DNA of 64,000 bases. It comes from Minisyncoccota bacterium. Lineage in GTDB: Bacteria; Patescibacteriota; Minisyncoccia; Phycocordibacterales; Phycocordibacteraceae. The notes under the pieces were generated by a model that did no database searches, was not told the origin of the DNA, and saw nothing but the letters and a program-made list of their open reading frames with translations. The stretch spans positions 2,157 through 66,156 of the forward strand of contig JBAZRE010000003.1 in the NCBI GenBank assembly GCA_041663025.1, written 5' to 3'. Of the stretch, positions 62,964-64,000 are shown one piece after another. Position numbers and translations under genes: made by a program. Position 1 is the first letter of the stretch, and the number at the start of each line of letters is the position of its first letter.

Positions 62964-63692
62964 ATGAACTTTATGAACGGAGTCTCTAACGGGGTGAGCA
63001 AAACATGGATTATTATCATAGGAGTCGCCATTATTTTATTAGCTACTGGTGTTGTACAGTTCTTATTCCCACGATCCGCTGTATCACCAACCTTACCAGT
63101 TGCTTCATCTCCTAGTGTAGAAAATAACAGTGCTACCTCTTCAGATTCTATACAGGTAACAGCGAGTGTTTCAACTAATAAAAAAACTCTGGATCTGCCA
63201 TCAATTGCAAAAGGCGACACTATTGCTTCGTGGAATTTCAAGGGAGTGTATTCTGATAATCCAGAACTAATGACAAAGGCGGCTGTAGAAATCAAACGTC
63301 TGTTGAATCTAATCGGTAAAGGCACATATCCCGATATGAGTCTCTATGTTGGCATAGCGAATCAATATGAACTTCTTGGCGATGGGAAGCAGCAATACGA
63401 TTACTTAGGTCGTGCTATCGGAGTGTCTGGCGGAGGATCAGGTCTGCCTTGGCACAATCTTGGGGTGCTTATGGAGCGATTGGGTGCTCTTGAAACTGCG
63501 CGTGTCGCGTATGAAAAATCAACATTTATTCAGCCAGAATTTAAGTTTTATCACTATGCGTATCTTGAGTTCCTAGTGGCGCGTATGAAAGATAATACAA
63601 TTGCTATTGAAAAAGAATATGCGTCAGCTATAGAGAATCTCGGTCAGGATGCGGACATACTCCAGCTCTACTCAGAGTGGAAAAAATCATGA
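62964..63692 (+). CDS. Hypothetical membrane-anchored protein
   Basis: 242 aa. N-terminal TM (WIIIIGVAIILLATGVVQFLF) then helical repeat-like C-terminal half. Confidence 0.4.
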   Translation: MNFMNGVSNGVSKTWIIIIGVAIILLATGVVQFLFPRSAVSPTLPVASSPSVENNSATSSDSIQVTASVSTNKKTLDLPSIAKGDTIASWNFKGVYSDNPELMTKAAVEIKRLLNLIGKGTYPDMSLYVGIANQYELLGDGKQQYDYLGRAIGVSGGGSGLPWHNLGVLMERLGALETARVAYEKSTFIQPEFKFYHYAYLEFLVARMKDNTIAIEKEYASAIENLGQDADILQLYSEWKKS

Positions 63693-64000
63693 CGCGTTTG
63701 AAACAGGCATTTAATTATATTCTCCTCGCCCCAGTAGTTCTGCCGCTAATCTACATAAGTGGGGTCGTTTATCCATACATCACGCCAAAAACATTTCTGC
63801 TACAAGGGTTAGGTATTGTGACGCTCGCTGTTTTCTCGTATTTATCACTCAAGGGGCATCCATTCTTTTATGGACGCCTTCGCGCCAAAGTCACATGGAT
63901 TCCTGCTTTACTGCTCATCGTAGCTTATATCACTTCATTTTTTGGCATCGATTTTTATCATAGTTTCTGGGGGCTCTTTGGGCGCGGTGATGGACTCTTA
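63689..64000 (+). CDS. Integral membrane protein, N-terminal fragment (gene continues past window end)
   Basis: ATG at 63689 overlapping the previous stop (ATGA). Frame is open to the window end and encodes consecutive hydrophobic helices (LLAPVVLPLIYISGVVYPYI..., LGIVTLAVFSYLSL..., IPALLLIVAYITSFF). Not in the ORF track because it has no stop in the window. Confidence 0.5.
   Translation, partial: MTRLKQAFNYILLAPVVLPLIYISGVVYPYITPKTFLLQGLGIVTLAVFSYLSLKGHPFFYGRLRAKVTWIPALLLIVAYITSFFGIDFYHSFWGLFGRGDGLL

Noticed and set aside
1-64000. Replication origin (clustered DnaA boxes), rRNA genes, CRISPR arrays
   Set aside because: The four TTATCCACA sites are tens of kb apart with no AT-rich DUE or adjacent dnaA/dnaN. 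There are no 16S/23S/5S-like stretches and no regularly spaced direct repeats with unique spacers.

Overview
This 64 kb window is a dense chromosomal segment of a small-genome bacterium. Genes are tightly packed with 4-nt ATGA and TGA/ATG overlaps, Shine-Dalgarno sites are weak, and two diversity-generating retroelements (DGRs) plus LAGLIDADG genes sit in the core genome. Together these suggest a Patescibacteria/CPR-like organism, but that is inference. Core genes include ruvB, ruvA, ruvX, polA, holA-like, recA, recO, ftsK, tsaE, argS, ileS, glyQS, metG, rpsT, rplS, rplK, rpsF-ssb-rpsR, secE-nusG, efp, pilB, pilMNO, thyA, folA, a dCMP deaminase, an ornithine-decarboxylase/homospermidine-synthase pair, and 9 tRNAs. 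Three of those tRNAs sit 1 nt apart. Accessory content is as follows. (1) Two complete DGR cassettes lie at 10.8-13.2 kb and 42.5-45.1 kb. Each has a target gene with a C-terminal variable repeat (VR), a template repeat (TR) differing from the VR only at TR adenines, an antisense Avd-family gene, and a reverse transcriptase (RT) with the [IVL]GxxxSQ motif. The two share an unusual architecture: a terminator directly after the TR, a conserved TR leader, and a G9-10 homopolymer inside an RT N-terminal region that has no start codon. (2) Two LAGLIDADG endonuclease genes are each fused directly 5' of a tRNA gene. (3) isoleucyl-tRNA synthetase (IleRS) carries an in-frame histidine-phosphatase (RHG...SHG) domain of about 190 aa. 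(4) A four-helix-bundle gene flanked by ~30 bp inverted repeats is inserted between nusG and rplK. (5) There is a DinJ-YafQ toxin-antitoxin pair. (6) A PaaX-like regulator is bracketed by identical 21 bp operator-like repeats. (7) The last 7 kb is a cluster of cell-surface proteins carrying peptidoglycan-binding domains. No rRNA, CRISPR array or clustered origin was seen. All calls are from manual reading of sequence and ORF track. Coordinates of RNA genes and repeats are accurate to a few nt.
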